A stretch of 64,000 nt of DNA from Leptospiraceae bacterium (GCA_040217195.1 JAVJNR010000005.1:288001-352000), one strand, 5' to 3'; positions 1 to 10,614 are shown, counted from the stretch's first letter. The notes: generated by a model from the letters alone, not told the origin. Numbers and translations: made by a program.

Positions 1-1
1 C

Positions 2-1090
2 GAAAGCCCGGCCGCAACCCTGCTAGAGCGAAATCTACCGAACGGCATTATTCTGGCACACTCCGTCAGGCAGGGCAATTCGATGCTGGTCGATGCAGCA
101 CTCGATCTACCCATTAGCGATACAACACATATGTTGAATATGTCCCCCGGATTTCAGCTAAACAACCTGGTGCAGGCCGTTCACTATGCCCATTCCCAGC
201 ACAGGCCTCTAGTGCTTTCACCGGATATTGTATGGATCGCTATTCTACAGGGCTTCGCCTTGCACCAGAAAATCCATGAAAAGGTACCTGAAAAAAAGAA
301 ACTGGAAGCTATCGTTTTTCACGATTTCGACCCGGAGAATCCTCAATCGGATTGGACTCCCATTATTGAAGAGCTTTCCGCCCTTCTCTTTGAAGCAGAA
401 GGTGAATCGCTAAGAAAACTTCTTCCTGAGTTTTCCACTACTACAGCCACAGAGAAAATGGTTATGCGAGCCACTCTTCTGACAGCCTATCAGAATAAAT
501 ATGAATACTCGGTTGGAGCTATTTGCGGTATTCCTCACATTACTCTGCTAGGTACGGTAGAGGACTGGGTAGTATTGAGACAGCGGGCGGAGTTACTGAA
601 GGATTACGATCTTCAATGGTGGCTAAAGCCCCTGCTACCGGTGCTGGATCAATTTGTGGCAGCACGGTCCGGCACTATCGATGAAAACTTCTGGAAAAGT
701 ATCTATAAAAAAGAGGGAGAGTACGTAAGTCAGGGACTGAACGGATGGATTCTACGTTTCTATCCCTATACAAGAAATCCGGCGAAGATCACATCCTACG
801 ATCCCATGAAGTCCGGAGAGTCAGTAGAGATACCCACAGAACGTTTTGAGCGAAATGTCTTTGTCATCAATCCAGAAAATCCATGCGGAGAAAGCAGAAA
901 CGATGCTCCCCCCTGCTTTATTCCCCTGGAAAGCATCCCTGCAGATACGGGAAGCTTTCCTTTGACCCTGGAGCGCCGCAGCACCGGTCAGATCTACAAT
1001 CTGGAATTTTACTCCGGAATAATTGGAATCAAGCAAAAGAGTGATCTGTCCCTGATGCCTCTAACTGGATGGTATACCAGAAAGCGATAG
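2..1090 (+). CDS. DUF4419-family protein (frame open from the window start; true start may lie upstream)
   Basis: Motifs PLVLSPDIVWIAILQGFALH and ICGIPHITLLGTVEDW resemble DUF4419; no stop codon in frame from base 2 to the ATG at 83. Confidence 0.7.
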   Translation, partial: ESPAATLLERNLPNGIILAHSVRQGNSMLVDAALDLPISDTTHMLNMSPGFQLNNLVQAVHYAHSQHRPLVLSPDIVWIAILQGFALHQKIHEKVPEKKKLEAIVFHDFDPENPQSDWTPIIEELSALLFEAEGESLRKLLPEFSTTTATEKMVMRATLLTAYQNKYEYSVGAICGIPHITLLGTVEDWVVLRQRAELLKDYDLQWWLKPLLPVLDQFVAARSGTIDENFWKSIYKKEGEYVSQGLNGWILRFYPYTRNPAKITSYDPMKSGESVEIPTERFERNVFVINPENPCGESRNDAPPCFIPLESIPADTGSFPLTLERRSTGQIYNLEFYSGIIGIKQKSDLSLMPLTGWYTRKR

Positions 1091-1301
1091 GCCTTTGTAT
1101 GCTACCAGTATGGCTGGCCTGGGCCCTCCGAACCTCCGATTGCAGGGCCTGATCAGCCAGAGGATGCTATCAAAAAGAAGGGCATGCAGATATGCGGCTA
1201 TCAGGCCGGTTGTCATATTTTGCTTAATCGATGGTAATGGACCGGGCGCAGACTTTCTGCGATCTGGTTTTTTTCCTGGATCGAGTCGGGGTCGGCAGGA
1301 A

Positions 1302-2210
1302 TTAATCAAGCTCAGCGATCTGACGTTTAACGTCCTGAACCTTTTCGTCCTGGCCTTTACCTTCGTAGTAATCCAGTAAATCGTTCAAGGCCTGGCGTTT
1401 TTCATCGTCCGAATTGGCTTTCTTTACGGCCCTTTTGAGCTGCATCTCTTTGTTGTAGGCCGCAGCATACCGCTCATTCATGAAACCACGACGAACCTCT
1501 TCTGAGAGCTCTTCGGTGCCCTCTACTGGAGGTGTTGTTTCTGCTTCTGGCATGTTGGATGCAATTTCCTGATTGCCAGCGTCTCCGCGAGTGGGCTCGG
1601 ACTGCTCTTCACTGCCTTCAGATTGTACATCCGAAGGATCTTCGGTTTGAGTCTGATAATTTCTTTGTCGCGCTTGAGGAGTTGCCACAGCCACTTCTTC
1701 ACGCTGGGTACCCGGATCTTCACCTGCATTATTAGATGCTTCCGGTTGCTCTGCATTTTCGGCCATCATGCGCGGACCGTCAGCCGCTTCTTCAGAAGTG
1801 GCATCCTCTTTTGAAGCCGTTTGAGAGATTTCAGAGGAAGGATTGTAAAATAGAACTACAAGCAGTATGGCCGCCGCAGCCGCCAGACCGCCGCCAGCAT
1901 ACATGGTCATGGCAGGAGAGAATACAGACTTCAGACTTTCAAGAAAGCCAAAAGCAGCAGGATCCTTGCTATCGCCGGGCAGACCTTCGGCCTCCAGACG
2001 ATTCAGCAACATTTTGGAAAACTCATCTTCCGAATATAGAGGGGCTGGAGTCTTCTCTGAAAGGGATTGAAATGTGTTGCGCAAGGATTGGTCCATACTC
2101 TTTTCCATAGCCAGGGCCTTGCGATCCGCATCAGAAAGACCGGCATCATCCGCAGGCAATTCCCGCTCCGGTTCCTGCAGATACTCATCTATTTTATTGC
2201 GCTTGTTCAA
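1302..2210 (-). CDS. Single-pass membrane protein, putative anti-sigma factor
   Basis: Overlaps the 3' end of the ECF sigma gene; one hydrophobic helix (GLAAAAAILLVVLFY), acidic linker, helical C-terminus. Confidence 0.55.
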   Translation of the reverse strand: MNKRNKIDEYLQEPERELPADDAGLSDADRKALAMEKSMDQSLRNTFQSLSEKTPAPLYSEDEFSKMLLNRLEAEGLPGDSKDPAAFGFLESLKSVFSPAMTMYAGGGLAAAAAILLVVLFYNPSSEISQTASKEDATSEEAADGPRMMAENAEQPEASNNAGEDPGTQREEVAVATPQARQRNYQTQTEDPSDVQSEGSEEQSEPTRGDAGNQEIASNMPEAETTPPVEGTEELSEEVRRGFMNERYAAAYNKEMQLKRAVKKANSDDEKRQALNDLLDYYEGKGQDEKVQDVKRQIAELD

Positions 2211-2775
2211 AAAACTCCGTCCCTTTGCCGTCCTGCAAAATTGCCCGCTTTAAAAGCTCCCTTGCTTTGAACAGTCGGCTTTTTACCGTTCCTACCTGAA
2301 TCTTCAGTACCGAAGCTATCTCCTGGTAGGAAAGGTCATCAAAGTATCTCATCACCAGGATCTCACGGTATCGCTTGTCCAGAGTGTTGATTTGTTCGAT
2401 TAGATAAGAGGACTCCGTGGAAAGTTCGAGATTTTTTTCCAGATCGATCCTATCGTCATGAATCATGAATGCAACTGAGTCCAGGGAGTCCGAAGGAGCA
2501 TTCTTTTTACTCCTATGGAAGTCCCTGCACTTGTTTACTACGATTCTATACAGCCAAGTGTATATGCCACTTTCTCCACGAAAGGATTTTAAGGCACGAT
2601 AGGCAGTAACCAGGGCTTCCTGGAGGATATCCTCTGCATCCTGTGGATTACCCAGCATGGATACAGCTTTCCGGATAAGTCTGGTTCTGTACGGCGATAC
2701 CAGCTCCATAAAGGATCGCTGATCGCCCTTCAGGGTTTTCTCAATCAGGCCCTTCTCGGAAGCCCGCTCGGACAT
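2194..2775 (-). CDS. ECF RNA polymerase sigma-70 factor (RpoE/SigW-like)
   Basis: Region 2 DAEDILQE and YTWLYRIVVNKCRD; region 4 LSYQEIASVLKIQVGTVKSRLFKAR; ATG at 2775 abuts the lspA stop. Confidence 0.9.
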   Translation of the reverse strand: MSERASEKGLIEKTLKGDQRSFMELVSPYRTRLIRKAVSMLGNPQDAEDILQEALVTAYRALKSFRGESGIYTWLYRIVVNKCRDFHRSKKNAPSDSLDSVAFMIHDDRIDLEKNLELSTESSYLIEQINTLDKRYREILVMRYFDDLSYQEIASVLKIQVGTVKSRLFKARELLKRAILQDGKGTEFFEQAQ

Positions 2776-2776
2776 G

Positions 2777-3484
2777 CTATTTCTCCGCTCCCTGGCTTTC
2801 GGATGTCTCATCGGATTGGGGTGCAAATCCGATGGTTACTACCAGAATCAGAATACCTACTACGATCAGACTATCCGCCAGGTTAAAAATGGGCCAGGAT
2901 TCCCAGGCCAGCCACTTGAGCAGGAAGACATCCTGAAATTGATCCAGGCCAAACCAGATACACTCAACAAAATCTACTACTCCACTTACATGACCTTTTT
3001 GAGGCCCAAAGCTAAGTATCCACTCCCTGGTTTCCAGGCTCTTCACAAAGAGCTTATCAATGAGATTCCCTGTAGCACCTGAGAATACAAATAGCCAGGC
3101 CAGAGGATGGCCTGCTCCGTATGTCATCCATCGATAAAAGAATAGAAAAATGATAGCACCAGCTGTAAGAAAGATTCCAAGCACCGGAGCCGATGGACCG
3201 CTACCGAAAAGAAATCTATCGTTAAATACCAGACGGAGACGAATATACTCTCCCTGATCGCCCCAGATAGGAACGAAATTGGTTTCATCCATTTCAGCGG
3301 GCATTCCGCGATTGGTAAAAACTCCGGCTTCCATTCTCTGAGTTGCAGACAGCCCAAAATTCAAAGAATCTGTTACGATTTTCTTTGTGGTTAAATCTGC
3401 AGCCACCAGAGCTACAAAAAAGCCGATCCATACAACAGGATATGCTTTTAAAAAGGGGACGGGGAAAGTCAGAATCTTTTTCAT
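2777..3484 (-). CDS. lspA: Lipoprotein signal peptidase II
   Basis: GATGNLIDK, GVVDF and WPIFNLADS motifs; four hydrophobic segments. Confidence 0.9.
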   Translation of the reverse strand: MKKILTFPVPFLKAYPVVWIGFFVALVAADLTTKKIVTDSLNFGLSATQRMEAGVFTNRGMPAEMDETNFVPIWGDQGEYIRLRLVFNDRFLFGSGPSAPVLGIFLTAGAIIFLFFYRWMTYGAGHPLAWLFVFSGATGNLIDKLFVKSLETREWILSFGPQKGHVSGVVDFVECIWFGLDQFQDVFLLKWLAWESWPIFNLADSLIVVGILILVVTIGFAPQSDETSESQGAEK

Positions 3485-3753
3485 GAAATCAGCGCCCATT
3501 GATACAGGCAATAACCACACCGTCAAGCCCGTAGCGGTGCTTTCGGTGCAAAGGAATGCACTTTGACTCATAATTCATCCGAGCCTCCCACCGAAGTGTT
3601 TTCCTCTTGCCCGGCCGGCCGGAGTGGCAATTCTGGTGGGCATAACCTGGAGGCTTACCCGGGTTCACCGCAAGCACGGTTCTTTAAGCCCCGACCACAT
3701 TGGACCTGCACTCAGCATTATCGTAGAATGCCAGAACAGGAATAGTTCACCCT

Positions 3754-5079
3754 ATGGAAGCAACAGAAAAGCATCAATCCTACACCCAGGATCCTATGAC
3801 CACCCTTTCCAGTCTGGAAGGGTTTGAGAAACAGTACACTGAAATACCAGTAGAAGCGATTATCAAACAGGATGTTCTTCGCCTGGGAGTTCATTTTGAT
3901 GAGAAATCCCTGGAGAAGGGAGATTACAAGACCAAGGATTATTTCATTTTTACATTCGATCATATTCCACTTCAGGAACAAAGCGAAACCGTACGATTTC
4001 GAGCACCAGAAGAGATTCGAGTTTCTGGTGGTCATTTCAATCTAAAGCCTACAATTATCAGCGTTCGACTGGATCATAGATCACCCTATCAGGTAAGATT
4101 CACAGAAGAAGGTCCTGCCCTTTATTTGAATGATACGAACCTGGGTACCGTGGAATTTCCACCTATTCCGGACTGGTACAGGCATCGAACGGAAAGTGGT
4201 AAAAGTCCAGGTGAAATTGCTCCTGTTATTGAATGGGGTTATTTGCTGTACCTTACCGTATTTAGAAACTGTCAGTACTTCGGAAAAGATGAAGAATGCG
4301 CCTTCTGCGATATCAATCATAACTGGCGTCAGCAGAAGATGGCCGGAAGACCTTACACCGGAATCAAATCGGTGGAAGAGCTCCTGGAAGTGCTTTCCTG
4401 GGTGGACCAGGAGGACCAGATTGCCCGAGTTTACACCATCACCGGTGGATCGGTACTTACCAATCTCAAGAAGAAAAACGAAACGGACTTCTATTACGAG
4501 TACGCAGAAGCAATCGAAAACAAGTTTCCTGGTCGATGGATGGGTAAGATGGTAACCCAGGCCTGGGAGAAAGAAGATCTATGGCGCTTCAAGGATGTTG
4601 GGATTCAGGTGTATCATCCTAACTATGAGATCTGGGATAAAAAGATGTTCCCTCATATCTGTCCTGGAAAGGAGCGCTTCATCGGCCGCGAAAACTGGAT
4701 TCGTCGAATCATCGAATCTGTGGAAGTGTTTGGCCCATCGCATGTTATTCCTAATTTCGTGGGCGGTGTTGAGCTGGCCAAACCCTACGGATACGACACC
4801 GTTGAAGATGCAGTGGCTTCCACCGCAGAAGGACTGGATTACTTCATGAGTCATGGAGTGGTACCCAGGTTTACCACCTGGTGTCCCGAGCCCTATACTA
4901 CCCTGGGCAGTCAGCCGGGCCCTCCCCTGAAATATTTTCTGGAACTGCTCACCGTCTGGAAACAGACTTTTGAAAAATACAATCTCCCAGTTCCTCCAGG
5001 ATATGGTGATCCGGGTCCAGGAAAGGCAGTCTTTTCAGTGAGCGCTTTTATGGATGTAATCGGTTACGAAGGTCGTTAA
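3754..5079 (+). CDS. Radical SAM protein with a non-canonical CX8CX2C motif
   Basis: CQYFGKDEECAFC cysteine cluster followed by ITGGS and NYEIWD. Confidence 0.75.
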   Translation: MEATEKHQSYTQDPMTTLSSLEGFEKQYTEIPVEAIIKQDVLRLGVHFDEKSLEKGDYKTKDYFIFTFDHIPLQEQSETVRFRAPEEIRVSGGHFNLKPTIISVRLDHRSPYQVRFTEEGPALYLNDTNLGTVEFPPIPDWYRHRTESGKSPGEIAPVIEWGYLLYLTVFRNCQYFGKDEECAFCDINHNWRQQKMAGRPYTGIKSVEELLEVLSWVDQEDQIARVYTITGGSVLTNLKKKNETDFYYEYAEAIENKFPGRWMGKMVTQAWEKEDLWRFKDVGIQVYHPNYEIWDKKMFPHICPGKERFIGRENWIRRIIESVEVFGPSHVIPNFVGGVELAKPYGYDTVEDAVASTAEGLDYFMSHGVVPRFTTWCPEPYTTLGSQPGPPLKYFLELLTVWKQTFEKYNLPVPPGYGDPGPGKAVFSVSAFMDVIGYEGR

Positions 5080-5306
5080 TCTCTTGCATCGGCATTCATC
5101 GCTGCAGCCAGGTTGCTTCTAAAAGTAACGATTGGATGGTCACGGGTCATTCCATGGCATCTGGCTATATCTGTCTTAGATACAAGTCAGAGCCTGGCAT
5201 AGAATAAAGAAAGACATACGTTGCTAAGCCCATTTGACGGAACGTCACTTCAAAGCTAAAAATTGAAACCAGGTTCAATCTAAATGCTTTCGATTTCCGC
5301 TACTCA

Positions 5307-5393
5307 GCCGGGCGATTCGCTCCGCTTTCGGCTAACCGGCCGGGCGATTCAGCTTGCTTTCAGCTAACCGGCCAGGCGATCCAGCCTGCTTTC
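5307..5393. repeat. 32-bp tandem repeat, about 3 copies
   Basis: GCCRGGCGATYC units start at 5307, 5339 and 5371. Confidence 0.8.
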
Positions 5394-5909
5394 ATCCACA
5401 GGAGCCTGCAATGTTGCCACAGAACTGGCAGGATCAGGGCCGCTCACAGGTTCGAATCCGTAGATACGGGCAAGCAAGGTCCGATCTGAACAGGCCGATA
5501 CAGCAGGACAAACCGGGCTACTTTGATAGCTGGGAAACAATCTTTTCATGTAAAGATTTAGATGTCTGAGTCTGGAAGCTGGAATATACTCCCTGGCATA
5601 AAGAATCAAAGCGATGGGACGACCCAGTTCTTCCTTCAGTACATTGTAATCGATCCTGAGTCTGTTTGCACTGCGAGCTCCGGGCATTGAAGCCTCTGCA
5701 ACCCTGAGTGGTATCTGATCGAGAGTTAATTGCTCTTCGATACTTTTCGCATCATCGGTAGATTTCAAGCTGCACATCCATCGGCAGCTTAAAGCCAGGA
5801 TTTCAGGATAGGAGTTCAACGCCCGCCGCAGGGCCGCCAGAGTATCGCTTTCAGGGCGAAATCCCTGACTGTTTGTAAGTCTGGTTCGAATAGAATGAAC
5901 GGGTATCAT
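5364..5909 (-). CDS. Hypothetical protein
   Basis: 181-aa ORF filling the gap between two + strand genes; no motif recognised. Confidence 0.45.
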   Translation of the reverse strand: MIPVHSIRTRLTNSQGFRPESDTLAALRRALNSYPEILALSCRWMCSLKSTDDAKSIEEQLTLDQIPLRVAEASMPGARSANRLRIDYNVLKEELGRPIALILYAREYIPASRLRHLNLYMKRLFPSYQSSPVCPAVSACSDRTLLARIYGFEPVSGPDPASSVATLQAPVDESRLDRLAG

Positions 5910-6013
5910 ACCCGGTACTGTTTATTAGGCCCGGATCGTTCGAATAAATCAAGTGGGGTCCGCGCAGACTCGAAAAAAAGTTGCCCCGCAAATAGAAGCA
6001 GAGAATCGAAGGC

Positions 6014-7192
6014 ATGCGTCCTGTGGTCTTCTTGCTTATTCTGTCACTATTTTCCTGCAGTCCTGATAAACCTGTGGCAACTACTATCAATACATCACTG
6101 GATCCTATGCCAGCATTCCAGCGACAGTACTGGCCCACAGATGGATGGAGAGAAAAGCTGCTGCCGGCCGATCGATGGCACGCACTGGAGGATTATGCAT
6201 TTTCCCGCACCGGAGATGAAGAGGATCGGGCTGGTATACGCACAGATGGGGTTGTAATTATCAGGAATGGATATCTAATCTATGAGCGATATGCGGCGGG
6301 TTACGATCAGAACATGCCTCATCTCACCTGGTCTGTAAGTAAGAGCGTAATTCAGGCATTGATTGGGATTGCCCAAAAGGAAGGATTACTTTCGATTGAA
6401 GATCCGATAGAAAAGTATATAGCTGAAGCCGGGCGAGATAGACCAATCAGAATCAAACATTTACTTCAGATGAGCTCCGGTTTGGATGCGAATGAAGGAT
6501 ATGAAAGCGGGCCGTTAAAATCGTCGGTCATTGCCATGCTATATACTAGAGGTAGAAATGATATGGCTCGCTTCTGTGCATCCTTACCTTCCAGGGCCGA
6601 GCCAGGCACATACGTTTATTACTCCAGCTGCGATACAAATATTCTTTCCGGTGCTTTGAAGAATGCACTGATTCAAGCCCATGGAGAACAGGAAGGTAGG
6701 AAACAGTACAGCCAATACCCCTGGGAGAAGCTTTTTGGGCCCCTGGGCATGAAAACGGCCGTATGGGAAAGGGATGCATCCGGCACCTTTGTCGGGTCTT
6801 CTTATCTGTACGCAAGCCCCAGGGACATGGCCAAATTTGCATTTCTTTATCTTAATAATGGCCAATGGGAAGGCAATCAACTGCTACCGGAAAACTGGCT
6901 GGATCTGACTCGCACCGTGGCTCCAGCCTATGAAAGTACCCCGGCCTATCCTGGATGGGAATATCTATACACGGCTCATTGGTATGCGAATACTGGAATT
7001 CCAGAACTGGGGCTGAAGCCTCAATGGCCTTCCGCTCCAGAGGACACCTTCGCGGCCACCGGACACTGGGGGCAGATGATATTCATTATTCCCGGCATGG
7101 ATATGATCATCGTTCGGATGGGTGATGACAGAGACGGCTCATTCGACAAGGATCGGTTCTTGAAATTGATCCTGGAGGCAGTAGAAAAATGA
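6014..7192 (+). CDS. Serine hydrolase (beta-lactamase class C family) lipoprotein
   Basis: Lipobox-like LFSC; SxxK (WSVSKS), YSS and GHWGQ motifs. Confidence 0.85.
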   Translation: MRPVVFLLILSLFSCSPDKPVATTINTSLDPMPAFQRQYWPTDGWREKLLPADRWHALEDYAFSRTGDEEDRAGIRTDGVVIIRNGYLIYERYAAGYDQNMPHLTWSVSKSVIQALIGIAQKEGLLSIEDPIEKYIAEAGRDRPIRIKHLLQMSSGLDANEGYESGPLKSSVIAMLYTRGRNDMARFCASLPSRAEPGTYVYYSSCDTNILSGALKNALIQAHGEQEGRKQYSQYPWEKLFGPLGMKTAVWERDASGTFVGSSYLYASPRDMAKFAFLYLNNGQWEGNQLLPENWLDLTRTVAPAYESTPAYPGWEYLYTAHWYANTGIPELGLKPQWPSAPEDTFAATGHWGQMIFIIPGMDMIIVRMGDDRDGSFDKDRFLKLILEAVEK

Positions 7193-7515
7193 AGAAATTC
7201 ATTCGGATTCTTATCATAGCCACTGCAATACTCATAGTTGCAGGCACCGCATTTGCCATCGCCAACTGGAAGCATATATCTTCTTTTCCGCATATTATCT
7301 CCAGCTTCTATTCCAAGGAATTCTGCAGCTGCTATTTTGTGGTCGGTAGGTCCGAAGCTTTCTGTCATAACTACGCCAGACAGTACGTGCCCATTAGCGA
7401 ATTCTCGCTGGACGAATCCAGTCAATCGGTGACGGTTACAGGTCTGGGAATTACTACCACCAGCGCATTTGTAAGTGAGAAGTACGGTTGTGTAATTCAA
7501 GGGGCCGTAGATTGA
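7189..7515 (+). CDS. Small exported/membrane protein coupled to the serine hydrolase
   Basis: ATGA overlap with the upstream gene; N-terminal hydrophobic helix; KEFCSCYFVVGR and YGC. Confidence 0.65.
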   Translation: MKKFIRILIIATAILIVAGTAFAIANWKHISSFPHIISSFYSKEFCSCYFVVGRSEAFCHNYARQYVPISEFSLDESSQSVTVTGLGITTTSAFVSEKYGCVIQGAVD

Positions 7516-7628
7516 GAATTCCCGCTGAAGAGAGTTTCTAAGATAAACTGTACAATTAATTGCTGCGATAACTTCTCAAACCGGATAGAGAAAGAGTAGG
7601 ACTTGATGATTCAGAAAAGCGCTTTGAC

Positions 7629-8771
7629 TCAAGTTTGCGGCGCTGTATTCGCGGAATCCATTTCCGTAACCTCCGCGAAAACCTCTGCAAGGTAGCGGCC
7701 CAGAAGAATTCGATTCTCCAGTCCTGCATACCATTTGCCACTGAGGCTCTGCCGAATCCTGCGAGCACCTGGTATGCCATGAAACAGTCCAAGCATATGA
7801 CGAACGATGCGAGCGGGGGGCACTCCTTCGTCAAAACGATCCAGGATATATCCATGCATTTTTTCCAGAACCTGACTCAACAGTACCCGCTGGGACTCCC
7901 GCACACGGGAAGTAGTCATGGCTTCAGAGACACCCTGGAATTCGCCGGATTGAAAACTTGAAGAATTCGTTTCACGCGCAAAATCAGTTGCCTGGAGCCC
8001 GGCATGGCCGTTGTCAAGAAGTGAATCCACAGATCCCAGGATCCTGGGGGTTTCATAAGCAGATCGACCTACCATGATACCATCCAGAGAGCCCTGTAGA
8101 TGCTTTCGCATTTCATCCAGGGTGCGAAGCCCTCCATTTAGTTCAATGGGCAGATCCGGAAATTCTTCCTTGAGCCGGTAAACATCGTCATAGCGTAGTG
8201 GAGGCACAGTTCGATTCTCAGCAGGATTCAATCCGCCCAGTACGGCGATTCTGGCATGCACAATTAAGCGATCGCATCCGGCCTCTACTATGGTTCTGGT
8301 GAAATGCTGCAGGTGATCATAGTCCGATAGAGGGGACATCCCTTTACTTTCAATGCCAATTCTGGACTTCACCGTTACCGGAATGGATACAGCTTCTTTC
8401 ATCGACTCAACAAGACGAGCCACATGAGAAGGGTCCGCCATCAAGCAGGCGCCAAAAGAACCGGAGGCTACTTTGTCACTGGGGCAGCCACAATTCAGAT
8501 TGATTTCGCTGTACCCCCATCGCTCGGCCCATCGTGCCGCTTGCGCCAGATACTCGGGCTCATTGCCGCCCAGCTGAAGCACCAGAGGTTGCTCCTCGGG
8601 ATGAAAGTCCAGAAATCTGGAACGGTCTCCATGGACGATGGCCCGGGCATGGATCATCTCGGTATACAGCACTGCCTTCTGACTCAGCTGCCGAGCCATG
8701 AAGCGATAGTGACGGTCTGTCCAATCCATCATGGGAGCTACGCTGAATCGTGTTTCTGAATATGATTTCAT
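7629..8771 (-). CDS. dusA: tRNA-dihydrouridine(20/20a) synthase
   Basis: FSVAPMMDWTDRHYR, EINLNCGCPS, FGACLM, IVHARIA, NRTVPPLRY. Confidence 0.93.
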   Translation of the reverse strand: MKSYSETRFSVAPMMDWTDRHYRFMARQLSQKAVLYTEMIHARAIVHGDRSRFLDFHPEEQPLVLQLGGNEPEYLAQAARWAERWGYSEINLNCGCPSDKVASGSFGACLMADPSHVARLVESMKEAVSIPVTVKSRIGIESKGMSPLSDYDHLQHFTRTIVEAGCDRLIVHARIAVLGGLNPAENRTVPPLRYDDVYRLKEEFPDLPIELNGGLRTLDEMRKHLQGSLDGIMVGRSAYETPRILGSVDSLLDNGHAGLQATDFARETNSSSFQSGEFQGVSEAMTTSRVRESQRVLLSQVLEKMHGYILDRFDEGVPPARIVRHMLGLFHGIPGARRIRQSLSGKWYAGLENRILLGRYLAEVFAEVTEMDSANTAPQT

Positions 8772-9084
8772 ATGAGGATTTGAATGAGTCTTTTCTACAG
8801 ATGCACCGGGCTGCCACGACCTAAAGCATTATTACCGCTGCAACTTCGTCCGGCTCCTGACCTACAGCGGTTCATTGCCCGGGTTCGGATAATGTTGCCG
8901 GAGCGGCCAAATACGAACTTGCATGGCCACCGCCGGTCGGGGTACCATGAAAAAAGCAGAGGCCTGCAATCCCAATCTTACAGGACCAAATTCTGGAAGG
9001 AGCTAGGAGGGACCAGAGGGATTTACCAGTGCCTTGCTGGAGAAAACGGGTATAAGTCATGGGCCGCATGAATAGAGTGTCGAG

Positions 9085-10266
9085 CTACTCTGCAACTTGA
9101 TCTTTCTGTCGCTTTTGTTCACGCAATTTTTCCCAGGCCGAACCCGGAAGAGCATTGTTTCGAACTACAGTATTGACCAGTTGCGCACTCTCATGACTGA
9201 ATAGTCGATGATACTGGTTGTTCTCGATGCTTGAATTTCGAATCAGAACCCGACTATTCTGCCAGCCCATAATGGCCTTTTCAATATCTACCGGATAAGG
9301 GGGCCATGTATCAACTCCGCTGTTATCTCGGATGACTACATTTTCCATGACAACGTTAGAGTTGTAAGACCACATCAGGTCAAACACCGTTGTGTTCTTT
9401 TCGATTATTGAGTTTCGGACGATGACCTCTTTCGATTCTTCAAAGATCAATGCAGATAGATTGTTATCGGTGATTGTCACCCTCTCTAGAACCGCTCCGT
9501 CTACCGAATCCAGGTGAATACCGGTAACTCCTGAACCTCTAAATTCCGAATCAAGGATAATGACATTCTTGGAGGCAACAACATTCAATACCCCACCCCT
9601 GCATGGATAAGGCTGACTATGGTAGAGTGTCACATTCTTCAATTTTAGATTGTCGGCCCGCGTAAAGTATAGCACCTCGGAGTCGCCTACGTGATGTACA
9701 ATTTCAGTTCTACCTTCTCGCCCTACTATTTCTAGATTCGGAACGTTAGAGAGAATAACCGATCCATGATGTGGCTCGATATGGAAGAAAGGCGTATCCG
9801 CGGGATAGGTGAGGAACTTCTGGTAAGCCCCTCGATGAAAGTCTTTTACAAGATCAAGCCGATCTGCATCCAGGATAATCTTGCGGTTGGGTCGGATTTT
9901 GTGCAAGAAATCCGTTGTTGTTCTGACCTTGACTGTCTCCACCGGAAAGGTTAGTCCCAGTTTCGCATAATAAAGCTGGGATTCCAGAACAGATCTGCAA
10001 TAATTCGTGTAAGCACAGCCTTTACGGACATAGTCAAGATCCAGATCTGAGAATTCAGTATGGTCCTGTGAAACCTGCAATTTTTGCCCATCCACCCTCC
10101 AGGCTAATTTCGGAAAGTGGCTTCGGGCTCTTTTTAGCACCTGAGAATCCGTGAGCTTTTCTGGTCTCGTCCAGGGGCTGAGACCTGTTTCCCCTTCAGC
10201 CGAGCCCATGCAACCAAAGGGCAGCAGAGCTATACAAAGGGAAATGAGGTACCTTGCGAATTTCAT
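9085..10266 (-). CDS. Right-handed parallel beta-helix lipoprotein
   Basis: Signal peptide ending PFGC; repeated beta-helix turns (VTITDN, NSIIEKN, VVIRDN, SSIENN). Confidence 0.7.
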   Translation of the reverse strand: MKFARYLISLCIALLPFGCMGSAEGETGLSPWTRPEKLTDSQVLKRARSHFPKLAWRVDGQKLQVSQDHTEFSDLDLDYVRKGCAYTNYCRSVLESQLYYAKLGLTFPVETVKVRTTTDFLHKIRPNRKIILDADRLDLVKDFHRGAYQKFLTYPADTPFFHIEPHHGSVILSNVPNLEIVGREGRTEIVHHVGDSEVLYFTRADNLKLKNVTLYHSQPYPCRGGVLNVVASKNVIILDSEFRGSGVTGIHLDSVDGAVLERVTITDNNLSALIFEESKEVIVRNSIIEKNTTVFDLMWSYNSNVVMENVVIRDNSGVDTWPPYPVDIEKAIMGWQNSRVLIRNSSIENNQYHRLFSHESAQLVNTVVRNNALPGSAWEKLREQKRQKDQVAE

Positions 10267-10614
10267 TCGGACTCCTGTATAAACAGATGAAGCAACGCTG
10301 AACCCGGACAATTCTTCTCAATAATAATCTCTGCCAGCGAAGCGGCCTTTCGCTGGACTGCTAATCCCTGCGCCTCGATATATAGTTTATTCCGGAGCAT
10401 GCTTCATTGGATACAGAAACGATGGGATCCCGTCAAGGTAATGGGAGTCCAACGCCGGGATCGAAGGGCCCGAATTATACTCTGACACTCCCTTCGGAAT
10501 TCAGAAATCAAGCTTCCTTCGCATCAAAACTCCTTTCTATCCTTTCAAAGGCTCTGATGCTGGTACAAGACCTCCTTTTCCAGGAACCACTTGCTTTTTC
10601 GAGCACCCAGGCCC

